DNA of 64,000 nucleotides from an uncultured Parachlamydiaceae bacterium. Its GTDB lineage: Bacteria > Chlamydiota > Chlamydiia > Chlamydiales > Parachlamydiaceae. Below are positions 23,373 through 32,774 of the stretch, in pieces; position 1 is the first letter of the stretch, and each line of letters starts with the position of its first letter. The notes beneath the pieces are model-generated. The model saw only the letters and a list, made by a program, of their open reading frames with translations. It was not told the origin of the DNA and did not search any database. The DNA lies in contig CAVVXH010000007.1 of the NCBI GenBank assembly GCA_963752155.1, positions 1 through 64,000 of the forward strand. The letters run 5' to 3'. The position numbers were made by a program, and so were the translations under genes.

Positions 23373-24992
23373 ATGAGTTCTACTGTAGCTCTAAATCTTT
23401 TTGCACCGGTACAAATCGGGCCTATATCATTAGGACATCGTGTAGTGATGGCTCCGCTGACTCGTTCTCGTTCTGAACAACCGGGTGATGTCCCCGGAAA
23501 GTTGATGCTCGAATATTATACACAACGAGCTTCAGAAGGGGGGCTTATCATCTCAGAAGCAACTTCGATTTCAATTACCGGGCGTGGATGGTTTGGAGCT
23601 CCTGGATTGTATTCTGACGAACAGGTCGCAGGCTGGAAGCACATCACGGACGCCGTCCATGCAAAAGGGGGAAAAATGTTCTCTCAGCTATGGCATGTGG
23701 GTCGTTCTTCAAATAGCGTCATGACCAATGGTGCGATGCCTGTGGCGCCTTCAGTCATACCGGAGTATTGGGAAAATTCAACGCCTAGTGTCTCTACGCC
23801 TAATGGTTGGAGCAAACCATCACCTCATCGAGCTCTCGATATTTTTGAAATTCCCCTCATCGTCGAAGATTACCGCAAGGCTGCCGAGAGAGCGAAAGCA
23901 GCCGGCTTTGATGGAGTCGAACTTCATGCAGCCAATGGTTATTTGCTTGATGAATTCCTTCAGGATGGTAGTAACAAGCGAACGGATGTCTATGGTGGGC
24001 CGATCGAGAACCGTGCTCGTTTCTTACTAGAGGTTGTAGAGGCTTTGGCCTCGGTATGGGGCGGCAGTCGTGTAGGTGTACGTATTGGACCTGGTGGAAA
24101 GTGGAATTCGATGTCGGATAGCAATCCGATTCCACTTTTCGATTATGTTGCAGAACAGTTGAATCGTTTTAGCCTGGCATACCTTCACATTATTGAGCCG
24201 CGGGTCAAAGGTAATATACTCATTGTTGAGGGGCAAGATCCAATTGCGGCGGCACGATTGCGCAAGATTTTTAAAGGAAAAATCATTTCTGCAGGAGGTT
24301 TTGAACCGAATACTGCGAAGGCCGTTGTGGAAAAAGGAGATGCAGATCTAGTTGCATTCGGACGGCATTTTATCTCGAATCCGGATTTACCCAAGCGTAT
24401 CAAATTTGGATTGCCGCTTAATGACTATGATCGTAAAACATTCTACACTTTTGATTTCCACGGCTACACAGATTATCCTATTTACGAACAGCAATGTGAC
24501 AGTTTATTGTCGGATCCATTTTGTTCCCAACTTCAAGATTCTCCTTTTTATTTTGACAGTTGTCTTAATGCGAGTAAAGCTCAAGTTGCTGCTAGTAGTA
24601 GTTTGCGTTGTTTATCAAAAAATAAAGAAACTGTCCTCAAAGCATTTGACACACTATTTAATCTGCGCGACTATGTGACGGCAGAGCGTTTTTGGTCCCC
24701 CAATTACATTCAACATAGTGCTCATATTCCACCTGGACGAGAAGGTCTGTTTAATTTAATCAAGGGCATGCCTTCAACCTTAAAGTATGAGCCAGGAATG
24801 ATCGTCGCGGAAGGTGATCTGGTGATGCTCCATGGAAGATTTTCAGGTTTCGGCCAACCAACATCTTGGATAGTCGTAGATATTCTACGTATAACCGATG
24901 GCATTCTTACAGAACATTGGGATGTTATTCAGGAGGAAGCTTCCCGAGAGACATCTAAAAGCGGCCTTCCTATGTTTGGAGATTTCAGATAA
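23373..24992 (+). CDS. Alkene reductase (OYE/NemA family) fused to a C-terminal SnoaL-like domain
   Basis: MAPLTRSR, YYTQRAS, QLWHVGR, GVELHAANGYLLD, FGRHFISNPDL; then YIQHS...EGDLVMLHGR...EHWDVIQ. Confidence 0.9.
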   Translation: MSSTVALNLFAPVQIGPISLGHRVVMAPLTRSRSEQPGDVPGKLMLEYYTQRASEGGLIISEATSISITGRGWFGAPGLYSDEQVAGWKHITDAVHAKGGKMFSQLWHVGRSSNSVMTNGAMPVAPSVIPEYWENSTPSVSTPNGWSKPSPHRALDIFEIPLIVEDYRKAAERAKAAGFDGVELHAANGYLLDEFLQDGSNKRTDVYGGPIENRARFLLEVVEALASVWGGSRVGVRIGPGGKWNSMSDSNPIPLFDYVAEQLNRFSLAYLHIIEPRVKGNILIVEGQDPIAAARLRKIFKGKIISAGGFEPNTAKAVVEKGDADLVAFGRHFISNPDLPKRIKFGLPLNDYDRKTFYTFDFHGYTDYPIYEQQCDSLLSDPFCSQLQDSPFYFDSCLNASKAQVAASSSLRCLSKNKETVLKAFDTLFNLRDYVTAERFWSPNYIQHSAHIPPGREGLFNLIKGMPSTLKYEPGMIVAEGDLVMLHGRFSGFGQPTSWIVVDILRITDGILTEHWDVIQEEASRETSKSGLPMFGDFR

Positions 24993-25471
24993 CTAAATGA
25001 AGAAAAATATAAGCGAAATGAGGCAATTTCTTCTTCGAGCGCTTCTTTGCTCAATTGTTTTGGTATGATATCGACAATTTCAGACCACGTTTGAGTAGTG
25101 ATAGGTAAAAGGTGAAAGTGAACATGTGGCACATCTTGGAAAGCTAAAGGGCCATTTTTTTCTAAGACGATGTACTGATCTGTATGCAAAACTTTTGAGA
25201 AGATCTCTACCACTTTGGGGAGTATAACAGAAAGTTCAGCCCATTCTTCTTTTGAAAGTTCATGAGCTTTTACTAAGTGTCTTTTGGGAATAACTAAAAG
25301 ATGTCCTTTTACTCGAGGTTCATAACTCACTAGAATGTTAAAATGATCACTTTGAAATACAGATTGGTTTTCAATGATTTCTTGTCTGCAAAAAACACAA
25401 GGTTTTGCGTCAGCCTTGTTGATATTAAAAAAAATAAGGATGAAAAAACTGATGGTTATAAAAACTTGCAT
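24929..25471 (-). CDS. HIT-family hydrolase with N-terminal signal/TM segment
   Basis: CVFC, GHLLVIPKRH, QDVPHVHFHLLP; GGAGG RBS. Confidence 0.88.
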   Translation of the reverse strand: MQVFITISFFILIFFNINKADAKPCVFCRQEIIENQSVFQSDHFNILVSYEPRVKGHLLVIPKRHLVKAHELSKEEWAELSVILPKVVEIFSKVLHTDQYIVLEKNGPLAFQDVPHVHFHLLPITTQTWSEIVDIIPKQLSKEALEEEIASFRLYFSSFSYLKSPNIGRPLLDVSREASS

Positions 25472-25596
25472 ATGCCTCCGTATTAAAGGTTGGTAAGTTT
25501 TTAACATTATCATAAAGAATCCCAAAAGTCTATTGTATTTTTCCTCTTGTAAGGTACGCGCACGCATACACATCAGGTTCTTAGCTGTTACGATAC

Positions 25597-26015
25597 TTTA
25601 CATGTAAGATCTATTTGCGCTTTTTGTGCCTTCTTGCCTCCTAAATAACAAGTTCGCGCCTTGCCATTGGTGCCTGACCTGACATTCTGACATTTGCCTA
25701 CAATGATAACGTAACCTCCCAGGAGGGCAAATGTCAGAATGTCAGGTCTGGAACCAAGGCTGGAACGTTACCCCCAAGATTTACGCAATTGAAAAAAGCG
25801 TCGTTTTCAATTAATAACAAAATACTTAATTCTAAGAGATAACGTTTAGCCATGGTTCCAGACCTGACATTCTGACATTTGCCCTCCTGGGAGGATGTCA
25901 TCATTGTAGGCAAATGTCAGAATATCAGGTCAGGCACCAATGGCAAGGCGCTTTAAAAATTTGTTATTTCCCAATAGGGGGCGCAGCAGGCAACTGTCTC
26001 GCTTTGCGTTTAATT
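25597..26015. mobile_element. Composite palindromic element (hairpins 25658-25760 and 25849-25949)
   Basis: Two inverted GCCTTG-family hairpins with the same spacer as at 57954-58119. Confidence 0.75.
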
Positions 26016-26245
26016 TTTTCCTATACTTTTATAACCTAATATCGTTGCATCTACTAAACAACCAGTTATTTCCCCACAGGCAACTGTCTCACTTTGCGAG
26101 TTCTATCCTTTTTTGCGTGTGCTTTTTCAAGCCTAGAAATTCCACTCAAAAAAGGAGAAATGTTGATTTCGCGTGTGAAATTTGATATATTGAAAATATA
26201 GAAAAATATAAACCATTGCGGAGGAACTAATGTCGACTAGATTTA

Positions 26246-26584
26246 TTGGTAGGCGAGATGATCTACGAACTATTGGGGATTCCGTTAGAGAGCATCATTC
26301 ATGCCAATCCATTTTTACAGACTCCAACAATTAAACGGCAAAAATGTCAGATCGACTTTCTAATCCAGACTAGAGAGGGAAGTCTTTATATTTGCGAAAT
26401 CAAATTCAAGAGAGATAAAGTTGATAGCATAGAGGAAGTGAAAGAAAAAATTAAAAGATTAAAAAGAAAAAAATATATGTCTTGCCGTCCGGTACTCATT
26501 CACGTAAATGGTGTTAGCGAACCAATTTTACAAAGCGATTATTTTATAAAGATAATCGATTTTGGAAAACTGCTTTGTATGTAA
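26246..26584 (+). pseudogene. C-terminal fragment of AAA-ATPase/PD-(D/E)XK protein
   Basis: Paralogous to the C-terminus of 36551-37975 (CQIDxxIQT, YICEIKF, SCRPVLxHVNGVS). Confidence 0.75.
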
Positions 26585-26729
26585 AATCTATGGTAGTTAT
26601 TTTCGAAAATGGAGAAAATCGAAAATAAGCCTATTTTTATTTGCGTAAACGAAAATAAGTAATGGCCTTATTATCGATTTCAGATGAAAACGATAATAAG
26701 GATCATATCTTCTTGCTCTACTACTCAAC

Positions 26730-27190
26730 TTAAATCAAAATGTTGAATAATCTTGGTTGGTTCTTCCAAAATATTTAAAATATCGTGTGCGCAATACACA
26801 CGATCTCTTTCCCTATTGAATTTTGAGCAAGAATACCCAAACTTTCAAGTTTACAAAGAGCTCTTTGAGCTGTAGTGAAAGCGACTTTGTTGTTTTCAGC
26901 AATTTTTTTGATTGTACAATAGGGATTCACAGCTAAATATTTTATGATATGCTGAACAATCTCAGAGCGACCTCCAACCTTAATTTGCCAACCAACAATA
27001 AAAGCATTAATCCTTTCAGCACGAGATAAAGCTTCTTGGGCTTGTACTGCAACGCCATTTAGAAAATAAGAAAACCATTCATTCCATGAGCCGCTGCTAC
27101 TAATATTATAAAGTTGTTTATAATAGACGTCTCTTGTGGCTTCAAAAAAAGCACTTAAATATAAAAGTGGCGATGGCAGTAATAAGAGAA
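26730..27190 (-). pseudogene. Fic-family protein C-terminal remnant
   Basis: PLLYLSAFFE..R..YY..L...W..W..YFL; frameshift before KRDRVYCAHDILNIL; Fic catalytic motif absent. Confidence 0.65.
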
Positions 27191-27637
27191 ACCCGCATGA
27201 TTCGAGTCTCGGCAAATGCTCACAGTCTTGCACTCTCTCAAGTGATACTTGAAATAGGGGAAGAACTATGCCGCAGAAACCCCAAAAGAACTTTCTATTA
27301 CAGTAAAATGGCCGCTTGACAATGAAGGGACACTCTATTTTGATAGAAGTCTTGACGGAAATCCTTTCAAATGCAAAACAGTCATTATCGTAGCTGATCG
27401 AATAAAGATGATGGGACAGTGCTTCATTTCTCTTGGATTGAGTCAATGGAGAGGAGGGACCTTTATGATGAGAGGTCAATTTAAAGGTACACTACAGCGA
27501 GGTCTACAAGGTCATGAAGCCGATCTCGTCTTGGGTTCATCAGATGATGACTACGTTCCAAAGCTCATTTCTGGTTCTTGGTAAATGGCGCTCCGCCGGA
27601 GCTCATAGTATTCTATCCAAGAAAAAGACTGCATAGA

Positions 27638-28747
27638 TTATTGTATTACGCAAAGCTTATTAGAATTCTTAGATTTGATGAGTTTTGCGCCTTTAAGAAG
27701 TGCGATTGCTTCTTGGTTCTTACATTTTTGTGCGATGTCCAATGCATTTCTTGATTCTTCATCCGAGACTCTGATGTTAATACCAAGAATTTCAGCATTT
27801 TTTAGCATAAAATATAGCTCTCTTATTAGTGTAGGTTTTGAAGCAGATAGAAGAAAAAACTTGTTTAGATTCATTAGTTCATTTCTTTTATAACCGGGCT
27901 CTTGATCCAATGATTTTAAGCATTTCAACTTATGTAAAGCTTCAAAATATGGTTGTGGGGCACCTTGGAAGCTACCATCTTCAGGTAGAACTTTTTGTTC
28001 AGCATTTTTGATTTGGTAATATACAATCTTCGAAAGAATTTCCTGGGGGAATATTTGGAATTTACAGCGGGGGTCAAACTGGGATAAAATTAACCATTTA
28101 GAAGGTGCATATAAGGAATTAATGACAGATTGATAAAATACTAGCCCCCTATCTGATAGAGGCAGTTTTAATCTGGCTCCGTTTAGCAATAGAGCTTGAG
28201 CTAATGGAATATTTCGGATTTTTTCTATAACTATATCTAAAGGGGTCCCTCCATCCATTATAGATAAGTCATAATCATGCCACTCTGAATGATCAATGAC
28301 AGGTGAATTGACATCAATATCATCATGAGCTAATAAAATATTTATTAATTTTGGCTCAAGGTGAATCCTTTCATCGTGAGTGGATGTAAAATTTGGGCAG
28401 ATTGCATGAAAAAGAAGAGAATGCAATGGCTTTGAAGTAAAGCATTTTTTAGAATAATCAAAATCGGGAAGAGTTAAACCGTTTGCACAACGAGCGAAAT
28501 TATCCTTGTTAACAATTTTAATAAAATATTTAAAACTATCTGTTTTACGATGAGTAACAATCGTCGAAAAAATTGCGTGAATAAAAAATGGTGATTCTTC
28601 AAAGTCGAACACTTCCATTTTCAAACCGTTAAATTGCGAACTGACGGTCGGATAGTGTGCTGTGAATGTAAGGCAAGCTCCTGTGTGACGAGCAAATTTA
28701 CAATATTGATTGTAAGTTTGTTTAGCATAAATTTCTTGGACGTTCAT
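27638..28747 (-). CDS. Ankyrin-repeat protein with F-box-like motif and C-terminal CaaX (candidate effector)
   Basis: GGTPLDIVI..LLLNGA, RNALDIAQ, FQIFPQEILSKIVYY; ends KSKNSNKLCVIQ*. Confidence 0.72.
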   Translation of the reverse strand: MNVQEIYAKQTYNQYCKFARHTGACLTFTAHYPTVSSQFNGLKMEVFDFEESPFFIHAIFSTIVTHRKTDSFKYFIKIVNKDNFARCANGLTLPDFDYSKKCFTSKPLHSLLFHAICPNFTSTHDERIHLEPKLINILLAHDDIDVNSPVIDHSEWHDYDLSIMDGGTPLDIVIEKIRNIPLAQALLLNGARLKLPLSDRGLVFYQSVINSLYAPSKWLILSQFDPRCKFQIFPQEILSKIVYYQIKNAEQKVLPEDGSFQGAPQPYFEALHKLKCLKSLDQEPGYKRNELMNLNKFFLLSASKPTLIRELYFMLKNAEILGINIRVSDEESRNALDIAQKCKNQEAIALLKGAKLIKSKNSNKLCVIQ

Positions 28748-29048
28748 GATTTTTATCCTTATTACAGTTTGTGATGGAAGTAGACACTCGCCATAAAAAT
28801 CAACAATTTAATTTTATGTGTTATATCCTAATCATAGCATTAATAGTCATTTCCAAAAGAAAGAGTTCCGACATGAAGGATAAAGAGTTTGGAATAAATA
28901 GTCTAAACCACTGATTCGAAGAAAATTCAGATCGTTGCTCTTTTCTATTGGTCATAATACCCTATGCCGATAGAATGATTTTATCATCGACATAGAGAAG
29001 CAGATACTTTCTGATACTCCAAAAACTTTAACCATTTTCAGTAAACGA

Positions 29049-29585
29049 ATGCACGACTATCAAGATTTAATAAATATTTTTAATGATTGCTTCTTTTTAG
29101 AATACAATACTCAACTCGTCATGAGTACGGTTGAACCGCTCTACCTTCCTACTGGGGAAGGTCGACCGCACAATCTTCTTTATTTTGCCCATGGTTATTT
29201 TGCGAGTGCTTTGCACGAATGTGCACATTGGCTGATTGCAGGCCCAGAACGTAGGAAGCTCGAAGATTTTGGTTATTGGTATATTCCGGAGGGACGTACA
29301 AATGATCAACAAAAACTTTTTCAGAATGTTGAAGTTAAACCACAGGCTTTAGAATGGATTCTTTCTAAAGCAGCAAAATCTTCTTTTCATATAAGCCTCG
29401 ACAATCTCTCAGGTTCAAATTTTGATACTCAAGCGTTTAAATTAGCTATATATCGACAAATTGAACTTTATTGTCAAAAAGGACTTACAAAACGTATGCA
29501 AACCTTTCGCAATGCTTTGTGTAAATTCTACAACACCTCTCTTCTACTAAAAATTGACGATTTTGATTTAAACATATTATCATAG
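29049..29585 (+). CDS. epmC: Elongation factor P hydroxylase
   Basis: EPLYLP, FAHGYFASALHECAHWLIAG, DFGYWY, EVKPQALEW. Confidence 0.88.
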   Translation: MHDYQDLINIFNDCFFLEYNTQLVMSTVEPLYLPTGEGRPHNLLYFAHGYFASALHECAHWLIAGPERRKLEDFGYWYIPEGRTNDQQKLFQNVEVKPQALEWILSKAAKSSFHISLDNLSGSNFDTQAFKLAIYRQIELYCQKGLTKRMQTFRNALCKFYNTSLLLKIDDFDLNILS

Positions 29586-29624
29586 AAAAAAGGATGCATG
29601 ATATTTCGACATTCTATAAAATAA

Positions 29625-31838
29625 ATGGTAGCCAAAAGGAATAAAAGTTCACCAGATAAAAAAAATTTTAAAAGGGTATTTATGTACAGTTTTGATCCAA
29701 AATTTTTAAAAAGTCAAGACAATAATCCAAACTTTTTTCCACAGGCAGAAAAATTCCCACCCACTACAGTACCGAAGATTCAACTAATTCCTCAACATTA
29801 TCCCCAACCTTCTATTTATCCCGTAAATCTTAAACGCCCTCCTGACCCTCTAATAAACAATCATTCGAAAAGGCAAAAATCAAATGAAGCCAATGGCGTT
29901 AGCAAAACATCAGATAGAATTCACAAAACATTTTTTGCAAATTCATCAAGACTCATGGATGTAACATTTAAAGTTTATTCAAATGCAGATATCTATTTTA
30001 AAGACAATACTATTGAGAACCTTATTGAAAGAGATGATTTCCCGAGCGTTATATTCAATAAACAATCATCGAAAAAAACAAGTGTATTTAAAACATTGCC
30101 TTTTACTATAGAAATGCATTTTAATAATGAGATTCCAGATCCAACTTCCATGGAACTCATTTTAAAAAGTCGCGGAACAAATTTACTGTGCTCATATGAT
30201 AAAAATTCCATTGAATTTCAACCTCCATCCAAAAATAAACCAGGAACATATATTTTTAATATCCTTAAATCTACATTTGAATTAACTACATCAGAAAGAC
30301 TAAATGAATTTGTCGGGGGGAACTGGCTTTCTAAATATTCTATTTCCATTAATTTAGAAAAAGTGAAATGCGTCGTTCATGTTTTTATTAAAACTCTTTC
30401 AGAAAAAATCTTTTCTTCTGAATTCGAGGCATATTCACTTCGTTTACAATCTTTAGACACTTCTAGACCGATTAGAAAAATTATTAATGAAAAAAAATCT
30501 AAGGAAGAATTTATTAAATATTTACTTAATTCAGAATTGAATACCAAGGTATACTCGCATCGTTTGCTATATTTTGATTCTAGTTTCCTTATTAAAGGAA
30601 TTCCTAATCAAGAACCAATTACTTCTCTCAGACAACCAAACTTTTCTCGACAGACAAAAAAATTCCCACCCCCTACAGCACCTAAGACTCAACAAATTCC
30701 TCAACATTATCCTAATTCTTCTATTAAACCCCTTCTTCCTAATCCTCTAATGAACAATAAGTCGAAAAGACAAAAATCAAATGAATCTAATGACGTTAGC
30801 GAAACATCAGATAAAACTTCTAAAAATGCTCACAAAACATTCTCTGCAAATTCATCAACACTAATGGACGTAACATTTAAAGTTTATACAAATGCAAATA
30901 TCTTTTTTAAAGCCCCTATTATTGAGAATCTGATGGGAAGAGATAATTTCCCAAGCGCTATATTCAATGAACAATCATCGAACGAGAAAAGCAAATTTAA
31001 AACATTGCCTTTTATTATAGAAATGCATTCTAATAATGAGATTCCAGATCCAACTTCATTTGAAGTCATTTTAAAAAGTCGCGGAACAAATTTATTGTGC
31101 TCATATGATAAAAATTCCATTGAATTTCAACCTCCATCCGAAAATAAACCGGGAACATATATTTTTAATATCCTTAAATCTAAATTTGAATTAACTACAC
31201 CAGAAAGATTAAAAGAATTTGTCGGACGGAACTGGTCTTCTTCTATAGATCCTATTTGCAGTAATTTAGAAGAAAGGAAATGCATCGTTCATGTTTTTAT
31301 TAAAACCCTTTCAGAAAAAATCTTTTCTTCTGAATTCGAGGTATATTCACTTCGCTCACAATCTTTAGAAAATTCTAGACCGATTAGAAAAATTCTTAAT
31401 GAAGAAAAATCTAGGGAAGAATTCATTAAATATCTACTTAATGCAGAATTAAATACCAAGGTGTACTCAAGTCGTTTGCCATATTTTGATTCTCGTTTCC
31501 TAATTAAAGGTATTTCTAAACAAGAACCTTCCATTATTGGCAAGAAAAATGATAAAAAATCAATAAATAGGTCACTTATCACAGGAGAAATTTATAGCTT
31601 TAATCCTGGTTTCGACAACGAAGACAATAGAAGTAAATGTTCGCCGATTCTCGAATCTCCTGATAATGATAAGCCTCAAACACCCAATCCCAATATTGAC
31701 GCTATTTTTGAGGAATGGATAAGCGGCTATGGTCCTGACGGAACTTATGAAACCGACAATACTTGTTCAAATACAAGCTTCGATTTTATAAATGATGAAA
31801 TGGATGTTTTAGATTGTTTTGATGAAGGGTCATCATAA
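29625..31838 (+). CDS. Hypothetical protein with ~300-aa internal tandem duplication (start may be 29682)
   Basis: Units ~29727-30616 and ~30636-31528; P/Q-rich segments, SKRQK, acidic tail. Confidence 0.8.
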   Translation: MVAKRNKSSPDKKNFKRVFMYSFDPKFLKSQDNNPNFFPQAEKFPPTTVPKIQLIPQHYPQPSIYPVNLKRPPDPLINNHSKRQKSNEANGVSKTSDRIHKTFFANSSRLMDVTFKVYSNADIYFKDNTIENLIERDDFPSVIFNKQSSKKTSVFKTLPFTIEMHFNNEIPDPTSMELILKSRGTNLLCSYDKNSIEFQPPSKNKPGTYIFNILKSTFELTTSERLNEFVGGNWLSKYSISINLEKVKCVVHVFIKTLSEKIFSSEFEAYSLRLQSLDTSRPIRKIINEKKSKEEFIKYLLNSELNTKVYSHRLLYFDSSFLIKGIPNQEPITSLRQPNFSRQTKKFPPPTAPKTQQIPQHYPNSSIKPLLPNPLMNNKSKRQKSNESNDVSETSDKTSKNAHKTFSANSSTLMDVTFKVYTNANIFFKAPIIENLMGRDNFPSAIFNEQSSNEKSKFKTLPFIIEMHSNNEIPDPTSFEVILKSRGTNLLCSYDKNSIEFQPPSENKPGTYIFNILKSKFELTTPERLKEFVGRNWSSSIDPICSNLEERKCIVHVFIKTLSEKIFSSEFEVYSLRSQSLENSRPIRKILNEEKSREEFIKYLLNAELNTKVYSSRLPYFDSRFLIKGISKQEPSIIGKKNDKKSINRSLITGEIYSFNPGFDNEDNRSKCSPILESPDNDKPQTPNPNIDAIFEEWISGYGPDGTYETDNTCSNTSFDFINDEMDVLDCFDEGSS

Positions 31839-31938
31839 TCGACCGATTATGCAGATTTTTTTCCGTTCTAAAAAAATGTTATAAGATCTTTTGGCAGAAT
31901 CAGTATCGAATTCTAAAGAAAATTTATTTAATTTTGAT

Positions 31939-32190
31939 TCAATAATGATATCTACAAGAGATAATGGTTAAAATATTATTGTTGTAGGAGTAAACTAAGC
32001 GATGCTCCTCATCTATACGACGTGACCAATAACCGCTAAGGTTACCTTTTAAAGGCTCTGGCTTGCCTTGTCCAGTAAATGGAGTGCGTTTACATTCTTT
32101 AATCAAGTTATTAATTCGTCTTAGTTTATTTTTGTCTATATTCTGCCAATAAAGATAATCATCCCATCCATTTTCATCAAATTGCAACAT
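31939..32190 (-). CDS. yoeB: Txe/YoeB toxin
   Basis: WDDYLYWQ, GKPEPLKGNLSGYWSRRIDEEHRLVY, SCRYHY. Confidence 0.95.
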   Translation of the reverse strand: MLQFDENGWDDYLYWQNIDKNKLRRINNLIKECKRTPFTGQGKPEPLKGNLSGYWSRRIDEEHRLVYSYNNNILTIISCRYHY

Positions 32191-32447
32191 TAATATTCCT
32201 CAATTAAATCCCTGGAATTAGATTTCTGATTATTGATATTCTCTATGCTTTCTAGAAGCCTAGAATAATTTTTTGAACTTTTCATTAAATACAATGTTTC
32301 TTCAATAGAACTATAATCTTCTAATGAAATTACTACTACAGGGGATCTATTTTGCCGAGTAATGATAATTGGAGAATGATCATTACAGACTTCATCCATA
32401 GCAGAGGCAAAATTTTTTCTCACTTGCGTATATGTCATGGCTTTCAT
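32190..32447 (-). CDS. yefM: YefM/Phd antitoxin
   Basis: TYTQVRKNFA, PIIITRQ, SLEDYSSIEETLYL; directly upstream of yoeB. Confidence 0.93.
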   Translation of the reverse strand: MKAMTYTQVRKNFASAMDEVCNDHSPIIITRQNRSPVVVISLEDYSSIEETLYLMKSSKNYSRLLESIENINNQKSNSRDLIEEY

Positions 32448-32774
32448 GCGTGACCTCAAATTTTAAAGTTAATCCAACAGTCGTTCCTTACTCAGACTTA
32501 GTGTACCATATAAGTACTTATCTCTGTCAATAAATAATGAGATCAAAACGAAAACGGGTTATTTTATCGCGATCATATGGGCATCCAACGAAACTTTAAG
32601 CCGCAAAAGACCTTGGAAGCCACTATTCCAAGATTCATTTAATAGCCAGGGCACATGAAATATCTTTTGAAAAATATTTCATGGGCTCTGCTTTGGATGT
32701 AATCAGATATTGCAAATAAAATTAAAAAACGGTCTGATGAAGTTGAGACCAGATGTTGATTAAGGGGTGTGCAT

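Larger units (their letters stand above)
1..27231. repeat. Giant inverted repeat (arms 1-13604 and 13638-27231), probable nanopore fold-back artefact
   Basis: Every ORF of 13638-27231 recurs in reverse complement in 1-13604. Window start gcaagactgtgagcatttgcc pairs with 27211-27231. Adapter-like sequence lies at the axis. Confidence 0.95.

Noticed and set aside
27190..27479. N-terminal extension of the 234-aa ORF 26775-27479
   Set aside because: No Fic-like sequence upstream of ~27190; likely a chance open frame fused to the remnant
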